The position numbers were made by a program, and so were the translations under genes. Below, piece after piece: positions 24,852 through 34,417 of a stretch of 64,000 nucleotides of DNA. The notes under the pieces were generated by a model, which did no database searches, was not told where the DNA came from, and worked only from the letters and a program-made list of their open reading frames with translations. Source of the stretch: an uncultured Planctomycetota bacterium (GTDB lineage: Bacteria > Planctomycetota > Planctomycetia > Isosphaerales > Isosphaeraceae); NCBI GenBank assembly GCA_963823665.1, contig CAWGMQ010000008.1:992001-1056000 (forward strand), written 5' to 3'. How positions within the stretch are numbered: the first letter of the stretch is position 1; each line of letters starts with the position of its first letter.

Positions 24852-26257
24852 TTGGCCACGACACATCCGCCCACGAGCCACTGCCGGGTGCCTGCTGCCG
24901 CACCGGCTGGGATCGGTACGTCCCGGGCCCGGATGCATCCCTGGAACCTGGCGCGAGTTGTTCATCTGCACCGTCGCGCCGGCTTCGCGGCGACCTGGTC
25001 CGAGCTCCAACGCGATCTCCGCGAGCGGGCCGGACCGGTGCATCGACCGGCTGCTGTCGGGGACGGCCCGTGCCGAGGGGGTGCCGGCGGACTTCGCACC
25101 GTCGCTGACAAGCTGGTGGAACGTGCCGGGACGGATATCGACCGCCTCAAGGCGTGGTGGGTCTATCGCATGGTCGCGGGGCCCGACCCGCTCGGCGAGC
25201 GGCTGGCTCTGTTCTGGCATGACCACTTCGCCACCAGCGCGGCCAAGGTCGGGCCGGTGGTCCGCCGCCAGAATGAGATCTTTCGCGAGTTCGGCCGCGC
25301 CCCTTACGGCGAGCTGCTGAACGCGGGTCGTCCACGATCCGGCGCTGCTCCTCTGGCTCGATGCCCACGGAGAACACGCGTGGGCGGCCCAACGAGAATC
25401 TGGCCCGCGAGCTGATGGAGCTGTTCACGCTCGGCGTGGGGAACTACACCGAGACCGACGTGAAGGCAGCGGCGCGGGCCCTGACCGGCTGGACAGTCGC
25501 AGGACGGCCGATTCCGCGATGACCCGGTCCGCCATGACGACGGGGAGAAGACCATCCTGGCTCATCGCGGGCGCTGGCGAGGCGATGACCTGATCGCGAT
25601 GCTCCTCGACCACCCGGCGACGTCCCGTCGACTGGCGGAGCGGATCTGCCGGCTCTTGCTGGGCGAGGCCGCGGTTGCGGAGGATGATGTCGCGGCGCTG
25701 GCCGCCGGTCTTCGCGAACGACATCTCGACGTCGGCTGGGCCATCGAGACGGTACTCCGCTCGCGCCGGTTCTTCGCGATGGAAAACCTGGGCCGGCGGA
25801 TCTCCGGGCCGCCGGAGTTCGTCGTCGGGGCAGTCCGGGCCCTGGAGGTCTTCGACCCGCTCCCCAACACGCTGGTCCTGGCCGAGTGGGCCGAGTCGTT
25901 GGGCCAGGATCTCTTCTATCCGCCGAGTGTCGGGGGTTGGGCTGGCGGCCGCGCCTGGCTGACGACCCGCGGGTGCGATCGGCCGCGCCCGGTTCGCGGC
26001 CGACCTCGTCGCCGGGCGGCCGGTCGGGTTGCTCAAGCCCGTCGATGCCCAAGCTCTTGCAGCACGCCACGGCCGCGGTGGAGGGCTCTGCGACCAGGTT
26101 GCATTCTTCGCCGAGCTGCTCACAGGAATCGCTCCATCTCCCCGATGGTGCGACCGGGTTGTCGAGGCCGTCTCCCGCTCGCGTGCTCGTGCAGCCCGAG
26201 GCGGCGCGGCGTGCCGTCGCCCTGATCCTCGCCTCGCCTGAGGCCCAGTTGATCTGA
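24848..26257 (+). CDS. DUF1800 domain protein (several frameshifts)
   Basis: [54 protein letters not shown] and [10 protein letters not shown] motifs spread across frames; ATGA overlap with the upstream stop. Confidence 0.85.
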
Positions 26258-26306
26258 AGACAAATTCATATCTCTACCGTTTCCTTCCTCGAGCGGAGGA
26301 CCTCCC

Positions 26307-27537
26307 TTGAGCTCACGACGATCGTTTCTCAAGTCAACTGCGCTGGTGGCGTTATCGCCGAGCGTTCCCGCGTTCCTCGATCGTACGGCACGCGCCGCTT
26401 CCGCGCGACGCGACGAACAGATCCTGGTCGTCGTCCAGCTCACGGGGGGCAACGACGGAATCAATACCGTCGTACCCTACGCAGACGAAGGCTATGCGCG
26501 GCATCGCAACGTACTGCGCTTGCCGACGAAGGATCTCCTGCGGATCGATGACCCGGCTGGGACTGCATCCGGCGATGGGCGCCATGGCCAAGCTGCTCGA
26601 GCGCGGGCGGCTCACAATCATCCAGGGGGTCGGGTACCCCAACCCGAATCGGTCGCACTTCCAGAGCATGGCCTACTGGCACACCGCCCGGTTCGACCCT
26701 CGGACCGACGGTTCGCGGCCGGACCAGGGCGGGATCAACGATCTTGGGTGGTTGGGCCGCGCGCTCGACGTGCAGTCCTCGCCGCAGGACAAGGCGCCGG
26801 CATCGGTCTTCGTCGGGCTCAAGTCTCCCTCGCTCGCGATGCGCGGGGCACGCGCCGCAACCGCGTCATTCGACGGACTCGACGAGCTGATCCTCCCCCC
26901 GGCCGTCGACGCGACGATCATCCGGGACGGCGGCCGGCCGGAGGACGACCTGGATGCTTTTGTCCGGCGCAGCCTGGTCGATGCCTACACTTTGGCTGAC
27001 GTGCTGGCGGCGTCGTCTCGCGATCGGAGCCCTGACGCTGTCTACCCCTCGAGCACGTTGGCCGGGCGGCTCCGGCTGGTTGGCCGGCTGATCAAGGCCG
27101 ACTTCGGCGCCCGCGTTTACTACGTCGAACACGGCGACGGCGGGCTGTCCTATGACACGCACTCCGGGCAGCTTCCCCACCACGAGCGGATGCTGGACGA
27201 GTTGTCCGGGGCGCTGGGGGCTTTTCAGTCCGACCTGGAGAGCTCGGGTTTGGCGGACCGCGCAGTTGTCCTCGTCTTCAGCGAGTTCGGCCGGCGCGTC
27301 GCCGAGAACGCCAGCCACGGGACGGACCACGGCACGGCGGCGCCGGTGTTCTTGATCGGCGGCGCCATTCGCGGCGGCCTGGCCGGCGTGACGCCCAGCC
27401 TGACCGATCTCGAGGACGGCGACCTGAAGATGAGCGTCGACTTCCGACGCGTCTATGCCGCCATCCTGGAGCACTGGCTCGGGTTGCCCTCGCAAGAGCC
27501 GCTCGGCGGAGCGTTCGAGCCGCTTCTGCTCTTCTGA
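26307..27537 (+). CDS. DUF1501 domain protein with Tat signal (frameshift near 26555)
   Basis: Tat motif SRRSFLK; LVVVQLTGGNDG, GYPNPNRSHF, YDTH, FSEFGRR..ENAS-GTDHG and DFRRVYA. Confidence 0.9.
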
Positions 27538-27734
27538 GGCCAAGCGCCGCGGAGAGTTTAGCTCACGAATTTCAGGTCGCCTCTGCGCCCGGGGTTCGGT
27601 GTCGTCCTTGAAGAACGAGGGTGGCGAAAACGAGCGCGACGTGGAACTTGGAAAACAGCACGAGCGAGTGCGCGCCGGCTCGTGGTAAGATCGCGCTCAC
27701 CTTTCGTCCTTCGAGATATCGGTGAGAACGTCTC

Positions 27735-28706
27735 ATGCGGCTGCGCGCCGATCTGGATTCGCACCACTTCCCGCGCCGGGTGCTGGTCGTCGAGCCCTCA
27801 CGAAGCGAGTGCTCGCGGCTGTGCAGCATCCTTGCGGCCGGCGAGATGGAAGCGTTCCCGGCGGGTGACCTGGTGACGGCGGTTCAAGCGGTCGAGATCT
27901 TCCAGCCCGATCTCATCCTGTCGCAGCTTCGTTTGCCGACGCACGACGGTCTGGCTCTTGTTCAGCGAGTGAAGGAGCAGGACGCGACGCGGCTGGTGCC
28001 GGTGATTCTTTACGGCGATCGCACGACAACCGAGGAACGAACCACCGCGCTCGATCTGGGAGCGCTCGACCTGATCACGGAACCGTTCGTGACTGCCGAG
28101 CTGCTCGCTCGGGTTCGCGCGGCGCTCAAGCTGCGTCGAACGTTCTCGATTCTCGAACAGCAGTCTCAACGGGACCACCTGACCGGGCTGGCCAACCGCA
28201 CGGTGCTCGAAGACCATCTTGCCCGGGCCTGGCACGCCTATCAGAGCCGCGGCGTCGCCCTGGCCGTGATCATCGTCGACCTGGATCATTTCAAGTCGAT
28301 CAATGACACATATGGCCATTCAGCCGGTGACGAAGTTCTGCGCGTCGCTTCGACGCTCCTGACCGGTTCAGTGCGAAGCAGTGATCTGGTCGCGCGCTAC
28401 GGCGGCGAAGAGCTCGTCGTGGTCGCGTCCGACTGCTCGGCGCCGATTGGCTTGGCCCTGGCGGAGCGCTTCCGGAGTCGACTGGCCTGGCAGGGGGTTC
28501 TCGCGGGCGGGAAAGAAATCACCGTCACCGCCAGCGCGGGCGTCGCCGTGGCCGACCGGAGCGAGCAAAGCGGTCCGGGAGACCTCGTTCGTCATGCAGA
28601 CGAAGCTCTTTACCAGGCCAAACGATCGGGCAGGAACGCTGTGCGAATACACAACTCATTGGAGCTTCAGGGGAAGCAGACAGAGATCCTCGGCGCCAAC
28701 CTTTAA
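27735..28706 (+). CDS. Diguanylate cyclase with N-terminal degenerate receiver domain
   Basis: DHLTGLANR, DLDHFKSINDTYGH-x2-GD, RSSD I-site, RYGGEEL and ADEALYQAKRSGRN. Confidence 0.92.
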   Translation: MRLRADLDSHHFPRRVLVVEPSRSECSRLCSILAAGEMEAFPAGDLVTAVQAVEIFQPDLILSQLRLPTHDGLALVQRVKEQDATRLVPVILYGDRTTTEERTTALDLGALDLITEPFVTAELLARVRAALKLRRTFSILEQQSQRDHLTGLANRTVLEDHLARAWHAYQSRGVALAVIIVDLDHFKSINDTYGHSAGDEVLRVASTLLTGSVRSSDLVARYGGEELVVVASDCSAPIGLALAERFRSRLAWQGVLAGGKEITVTASAGVAVADRSEQSGPGDLVRHADEALYQAKRSGRNAVRIHNSLELQGKQTEILGANL

Positions 28707-28826
28707 GCTGGCGTCCATTTCGGCTTTTAGATATTCTACCCTCGCCACTCCTCAACTCATCTTCGTCACTGTATTGCTGATTGCGATGAACGACTCGCCG
28801 TCGAAGCTCCGAAAGGAGGCGAGACC

Positions 28827-30113
28827 GTGCTTTCGCTTCGTTCCGTGGTGCGTACGTCGAAATGCAGCGCCGCAGCCGGTCTCGCCGCAGCCGCCATGTT
28901 CATCTCACTGACCCTCGCTGCGTCGCCGGTGCCCAAGGGCGAACGCATTCTAGAGCTGACATTCCAGGTTGTCGACGCCGAATCTGGAAATCCGGTTGCC
29001 GGCGTGCGCGTCGGCGTGATTTACCCCTATCCGGATGAACTAGTTCGACCCTCCTTCGGAACAACCCAGGCCGATGGCAGCGCTCACTTCAGTCATTTGT
29101 TCCTCGTGGGCGAAGTACGGAGCCTCGTTCCGGACTCAGCATCCTTTCTCGGGGACGGTCACTTTTTCCGCGATCTGCTCTCGGGTGGTCACCACCTCTC
29201 GCTTTATGCGTGCCAGAGCGCTTTTACGGTTCGCGCCCCCAAGGGATGGCACTATGAGAACACACGCCACGTGTGTTACGGCGACCGCTGGCTGGAGGTT
29301 GCGGCACCCGGCTACCGGCGCTTGGCGATTCCGCTGACTTTGTTCATCGGCGAAATCGGAAATCTCGATGCCCCGACCCCTCCCCGCATCAAAGTCGAGT
29401 TGCATCGGGGCGATTCGCCGGCGGATTCCTTGGACGAGTGGGCAGGCGAATACAACGGGATGAACAGCGTTCGATATGCCAAGCTTCGAATCCTCGCGGA
29501 CGGGAGGTTCGCGTGGACGGCTGGCAGCGGCGACTTCAAGGACGAAGACTTCGGCTATGCGGCCGAGTGCGACGACGAGTTCAAATTCCTACCGGAACAC
29601 CGTGTTTACGCCTTCAAGAACGATCGGTTTTCCCCCGTGACGTGGGGAGCGCGTCGGTACATTATCGAGCTCACGGGGCTGAAAGCGTTTTGCGAGACGG
29701 TGCGCGAGGGTAAGGTCTGCGACTGTCATTTCGGCCGAATTGGCAGCGTGTATTTGCGAATCGGTGATGAGAAGGTGAAACCGCAAGGGCTTCCCGAGTT
29801 GCCCAGGAAATGGGCGAGTTTCCTGCTTCAGGGCCCGATCGTGGGCAAGATCGAGATGGTCTACGCAGACCGCTCCGCAAAGGTAAGCCTGGGCCGTATT
29901 GATGGTGTGCTGGACGGGATGGTTTTCACCGCGCACGGCATCGAGACCCGTCCATGCCAACAAGTCGAGGTCGTCCAGGTAAATGCCGATTGTTGCATCG
30001 TCAGGCCCTGTCGCTCCGATTCCGACGCGCCGGGATCAGTGTCGCCTGGTGACCGCCTGACCGTGCCGTTTGAGGGCGACGGTTGGCCGCGGGGTGATCA
30101 TTCCGGGCACTGA
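28827..30113 (+). CDS. Secreted two-domain hypothetical protein
   Basis: AAGGAGG RBS before a GTG start, signal peptide, carboxypeptidase-regulatory-like N-domain (VVDAESGNPVAGVRV) and a distinct C-domain (WAGEY..PVTWGARRY). Confidence 0.75.
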   Translation: MLSLRSVVRTSKCSAAAGLAAAAMFISLTLAASPVPKGERILELTFQVVDAESGNPVAGVRVGVIYPYPDELVRPSFGTTQADGSAHFSHLFLVGEVRSLVPDSASFLGDGHFFRDLLSGGHHLSLYACQSAFTVRAPKGWHYENTRHVCYGDRWLEVAAPGYRRLAIPLTLFIGEIGNLDAPTPPRIKVELHRGDSPADSLDEWAGEYNGMNSVRYAKLRILADGRFAWTAGSGDFKDEDFGYAAECDDEFKFLPEHRVYAFKNDRFSPVTWGARRYIIELTGLKAFCETVREGKVCDCHFGRIGSVYLRIGDEKVKPQGLPELPRKWASFLLQGPIVGKIEMVYADRSAKVSLGRIDGVLDGMVFTAHGIETRPCQQVEVVQVNADCCIVRPCRSDSDAPGSVSPGDRLTVPFEGDGWPRGDHSGH

Positions 30114-30250
30114 CCATTGCCGCGCTCCCCGGTCCGCCGATTCCAAGCAGCTTTCGGCGCTCGAGCCGATTCGTTCGAGGATTCCGGATAGATCGGCCGA
30201 ACTGACGGCCCTGCCGTTGTTGAAGCACGCGCTTAGCAGATGCAGCCCCC

Positions 30251-30276
30251 CGTCATCTGCGTCATCTGCGTCATCG
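30251..30276. repeat. Tandem 9-mer (CGTCATCTG)x~3
   Basis: Copies at 30251, 30260 and 30269 (last one imperfect). Confidence 0.8.
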
Positions 30277-30339
30277 CACGCCTCCGATCTTCCACATTGT
30301 AGCGATCGTTCCATTTATGCGTCTGCCGGCTGTGCGCCC

Positions 30340-30395
30340 GTAGGTCCGGCACACCTGCCGGACGCCAGCGCGTAGGTTCGGCACTCCCGCCGGAC
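30340..30395 (+). repeat. Two direct GTAG-headed REP-like palindromes
   Basis: GTAGGTCCGGCACACCTGCCGGAC (30340-30363, perfect 8-bp stem) and GTAGGTTCGGCACTCCCGCCGGAC (30372-30395). Confidence 0.75.
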
Positions 30396-30456
30396 GGTCG
30401 ATGCGCTCGGCGCACCACCTTCAACGCGATTGAGGCGAGTTCGGTCCGAGGCCGGA

Positions 30457-31311
30457 TTATCGCGTCCCGATATCGCGCAATTCGGGGAACAGTCCCAGCA
30501 GCTTCGCGTTCAGCAGTTTCCTGCGTGACTTGTACCTCTCGTTGAAGCAGCCCCGCTTCTCTTGCAAGGCATTCTGCCTCTTCCGGACCGTCTCCGCGCT
30601 GTCGGTCAGATCGCGCTCGCCACAAGTCGTGCCCGACGTCGTTCGCTCGTCTCGAATCGCCATGAGCCTCTTGTAGAAGCCCGCTAGCCGCTGAGGGTCT
30701 GCTAACATCTCTTCGGGCCGAACAGCCGCGAGCCCGAAAAGCCGCGGGTGGAAGCCGTTGACGAACGACTCCCGGCGGGGCCATCGGAGCAGGTCCTTGC
30801 CGAGTCGAGAGTAATAGTGCGTGAGCGTCACTCGGCAACGGTTCGCAGGCTCCTTATCGCCGTTGTAAATCCGGAACAACAGTTCCCAGCTCCGCACCCT
30901 CCGAGCATCGAGCATTGAGTCCAGCATCGCTTCGAGCAAACGACAACCTTGGCGATACCGCCCCATGAAGTACAGGAGCGGTACGTGAAGGTGCTCGAAC
31001 CAGGCCACTTCATCCAGCGGCCACGTCTGACGCCGGCGATCGATCCGACGTCCCAGGGCAACCTCTTCCCATCGCCGGAGCTGTCGCCACGCAGTCTGGT
31101 ATTGCCTGAGCTCACACAGTGCTTCTATTTCGAACCAGGACGTAAAGATCCCCGCGGCACGGCCTTGGCCACGAGTGGCGTGGCGGCGTATCTGGCGGCT
31201 GGCGGTGACGACGCGCTCATACGCACCGCTCGTGCTCAGTTGGCAGAGATAGAGCTGGTACAGCCGCTTGGCGTCTTCGTTGATTCGCCATAGGTCGGGG
31301 ATAATGCGCAT
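30457..31311 (-). CDS. Hypothetical protein (helical, basic)
   Basis: Long open frame from MRIIPDLWRINED; no motif recognised. Confidence 0.65.
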   Translation of the reverse strand: MRIIPDLWRINEDAKRLYQLYLCQLSTSGAYERVVTASRQIRRHATRGQGRAAGIFTSWFEIEALCELRQYQTAWRQLRRWEEVALGRRIDRRRQTWPLDEVAWFEHLHVPLLYFMGRYRQGCRLLEAMLDSMLDARRVRSWELLFRIYNGDKEPANRCRVTLTHYYSRLGKDLLRWPRRESFVNGFHPRLFGLAAVRPEEMLADPQRLAGFYKRLMAIRDERTTSGTTCGERDLTDSAETVRKRQNALQEKRGCFNERYKSRRKLLNAKLLGLFPELRDIGTR

Positions 31312-31679
31312 GGTACTCGCACCTGAGGGCGCGGTGACGTGGTGTGTGGTCTGCGGCCTTCGGTCCAACGAACAAACCGGCCGACCACTTGGACGCGAGG
31401 CGGAATGAATAACCCGCAAGGAATCTGCGTCTTTCAGTATGGCGGTGATTCTACAGGAGAAGAGCCTTGCACGCACGTCGCCTGCTTCTGGAATCAAGGA
31501 AGAGTCTCAGCAGCCCGGCAACGGCCTGCGTCCCAGGATTCCGGCGACTGCCGGCACAAATCCCGATCATTCAGAGATTCGGGGTAATGAGAAATCCGTT
31601 CGGTTCCAGAATAGACGGGCTGACTTCGATGAAGAAATAGAACGGCTCGTTTACAAATTGGAGAGTTTCTAGACCACGC

Positions 31680-32564
31680 ATGCAAGCCTTCCCTTCGTCG
31701 CGCCGTCGATGGCATCTGCTCCTTGTCCGACCAAGTACGCGGGCGCTGTTGCTTCTCGTGGTTTTCGTCGCGCTCGGGCTGGGCTGGGTCGTTCACCGTG
31801 CCCATTCGCAGCGAGATGCTGTCGCCGCGATCAAACGCGCTGGAGCTGGAGTGTGGTATGACTGGCAGTGCACCAATGGCATTCGCGACGAGAACGGAAA
31901 GCCACCGGTTCCCCGATGGTTGGCTGATTTCGTTGGGGCCGACTATTTCGGCGATGCAGTCTACGTCATCTCTCAAACACGGAAAACCGTGGATAGCGTG
32001 CTGATTCCGATCGGCCGTCTCAAACGGCTCGAGAGGCTCGATCTCTTCGACTCCGCGGTCACTGACGCCGGACTGGCGCACTTGAAAGGACTCAACTGCC
32101 TTCAAACTCTCGATCTCAGCGCGACGGACATCGGAGACACCGGGCTCGCGCACCTCGAGGGCTTGACCGATCTCAAAGAGCTGGATCTCCGTAGTACCAA
32201 GGTCACTGACGGCGGCCTGGTGCATCTGAGAACGCTCCGCAACTTGCAAGCGCTCTACCTCTGTGGCACCCAAGTCAGCGATGCCGGTTTGGCGTACATA
32301 AATCACTTGACGAACCTGCAGGAGCTGAACCTTATCGGCACCCACGTGAGTGACGCGGGCGTCGTGCACCTGAAGACGCTGCCCAAACTAAAGTTCTTGT
32401 GTCTCGGCGGCACCGAGGTCGGCGACGAGGGGCTAAAGCACTTGAGGAGTATGGCAAGTTTGCGGGTCTTGGACTTGTACAGTGAGGAGCCCAATACCAG
32501 GCTCACACCCGCCGGAGTGAGCGAGCTTCAACGCGCGCTTCCGAACGTGCGCATAGAGTACTGA
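31680..32564 (+). CDS. Membrane-anchored leucine-rich repeat (RI-like) protein
   Basis: About seven 24-aa LxxLxLxxTxVxDAGLxHL repeats after an N-terminal TM helix. Confidence 0.93.
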   Translation: MQAFPSSRRRWHLLLVRPSTRALLLLVVFVALGLGWVVHRAHSQRDAVAAIKRAGAGVWYDWQCTNGIRDENGKPPVPRWLADFVGADYFGDAVYVISQTRKTVDSVLIPIGRLKRLERLDLFDSAVTDAGLAHLKGLNCLQTLDLSATDIGDTGLAHLEGLTDLKELDLRSTKVTDGGLVHLRTLRNLQALYLCGTQVSDAGLAYINHLTNLQELNLIGTHVSDAGVVHLKTLPKLKFLCLGGTEVGDEGLKHLRSMASLRVLDLYSEEPNTRLTPAGVSELQRALPNVRIEY

Positions 32565-32630
32565 ATTCTCTGCTTGATGGACACGTCGTGTGGCTCGTGG
32601 TTCCTGATCGTACTCATTGCCGTTGGGTCA

Positions 32631-33457
32631 CTACGGGCGTCTCTGCGACTCAAACTTCAGTCTCGGAAACCAGATCCGAAGAGCCGCATAATTGATACCG
32701 TGGCGGCCTTTCCACCAGCAGGCAGGATAACCCAAGTCTACGAAGCGATGTGGCGGAAGGTGACGTTCGTCGGATCGAACAAACCTATCCAAGAATCCGG
32801 GATACTCCGGGATCGTCAAGACACCTGTGTAGCCGAGGAGGTTCACCAGAACGTCTCTTTCCGCCTTGTTTGACGGCACAAGACCCCACAGGGACTTTTC
32901 CAACTGTGGAGCGGTTTTGTCGGGTGGCACGGCTTCGATCGCTCGCAGAATACTACGGAAGATCGAAATGTCCGCTTCGGTCGGCGACGGCGGATCAAGG
33001 TCTCGGAATCGCTCCAGGTCGAACGTGGCGTAGTGCGGGTTTTCGTGACGCACACCTCCCCATTTGAAGCGCTCGAAGTTGAGCACGTTGAGGTCTTCGT
33101 CCGTTTCAGGAGCGTTGTATCCACCGCATACGGGGCAACTCGTGCGCCGCTCGTAATGCTCGTGGGGCGGGAAGTGCCGCAGCACTGCGTAGCTGCCGAG
33201 TGCAGACCGCACTTCCAACCTTCGGGTGGAAAGGCTAGCCAGGAAAGCATTGGCGATGGCATCGGGATCGAACCTCGATCGTATCTCGATTGCACGTCGC
33301 ACGATTTCCCCGTGCGACACCCGGATCGAGTCAAACATCACCCCAGCCCGCATGGCGTAGCGAAGATCGACAACGGACTAGTCCGCTCGACAGCAGGCTT
33401 CCAGCCTTTCGGGGTCCAGTACGTCGCAAACAGGATCTTCAGCGCTTTCTTGTCCAC
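32631..33457 (-). CDS. Conserved hypothetical protein (frameshift near 33370)
   Basis: GTG start MDKKALKILFATYWTPKGWK joins YAMRAGVMFD...CPVC...DLNVLNFERFKWGGVRH...YPACWWKG. Confidence 0.75.
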
Positions 33458-33499
33458 CCCGGCTCATCTCCAATCGTCACCGAAAACCTTTCGGATCGG

Positions 33500-33565
33500 C
33501 TACCATGCCCTCAAATCGTCGGCCTGCAAAATAACGATCTTCCCGTCTTTCGTTGAAGCAGCCAT
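33500..33565 (-). CDS. 21-aa small ORF MAASTKDGKIVILQADDLRAW
   Basis: AAGGAG RBS 5 nt before the ATG. Confidence 0.3.
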   Translation of the reverse strand: MAASTKDGKIVILQADDLRAW

Positions 33566-33634
33566 TGTAACTCCTTGCCTGTCGCCTCGTTGACTCCGAC
33601 CAACCATTCATTATCTCAGCTTGGCCCATCGATT

Positions 33635-33910
33635 GAAGCCCGAAGTCGATGGTGCAATGCCGCAGCCCATGTACGTGGCCGTGATGACGGGCCGTTAACG
33701 GTCGGTCCGTTGCTTGAGCTGGCCCCGAACCGGCGTGGCTCTCGCACGAGAGTGATTCGAGCGGAGGACATAAGGTTCCTTCAATCCCACGAACAAAACC
33801 TCCGACCACTGGGAGAGGAGGCGTTTTTACGAACACTTCAGGAAAACTTGGGGAGAATCCTGAGAAAGCAAAAACCTGGCCCGCTGGGACGGCGGGAGAA
33901 TCCGGCATGA
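33635..33910 (+). pseudogene. C-terminal remnant of a Y1 (RAYT/IS200-like) tyrosine transposase
   Basis: RWCNAAAHVRGRDDG..PLLEL..HEQNLRPLGEEAFL..LGRILRKQKPGP resembles the recalled WSSAxAH..DD..RPLG..F..LGR.L..KPGP tail. No HUH N-terminus. Confidence 0.65.
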
Positions 33911-34048
33911 TGTCGCCGCAACCAAACAGATTGGAACAGGGACCATCGCCGGGATGGTCTTGCTGCGCAAAGATGTTCGTGCACGCTCGCGCGAACCCGC
34001 CCTAACTTAGCGCTCGCCGTCTATCCTCATTCCGAGTATAGTTGTGCG

Positions 34049-34417
34049 ATGAAATCGAATATCGGTAACACCGTCATCGAGACGGAATCCTTCATAAAAC
34101 AGGCGGCAGCGCTATGGTCCGCTGCCGAGCTTGACGATCTGAAGGATTACGTCGCCCGCAACCCCCTTGCCGGCGACGAGATGCCCGGCACGGGCGGCTT
34201 GCGAAAGCTGCGGTGGGGCCGCGCCGGCATGGGGAAGCGAGGCGGCGCGAGGTTGATCTACTACTACTATAACGAAACGGCGCCCCTCTACCTGTTTATG
34301 GCTTATGCCAAGGCCGCGCAGGAAAACCCATCGCCCGCTGCCATGGCGATCCTCGCCAAGTTGGCAGACGCGGCTAGGGCCGGCATCAAGGCGAAGCAGA
34401 AGGAGAAACGGCAATGA
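34049..34417 (+). CDS. higB: Type II TA toxin, RelE/HigB2 family
   Basis: VIETESF..NPLAGDEMPGTGGLRKLRW..GKRGGARLIYY..LFMAYAK. Confidence 0.9.
   Translation: MKSNIGNTVIETESFIKQAAALWSAAELDDLKDYVARNPLAGDEMPGTGGLRKLRWGRAGMGKRGGARLIYYYYNETAPLYLFMAYAKAAQENPSPAAMAILAKLADAARAGIKAKQKEKRQ

Noticed and set aside
30240..30400. CRISPR array
   Set aside because: Only two 24-nt units with an 8-nt gap, and no cas genes.
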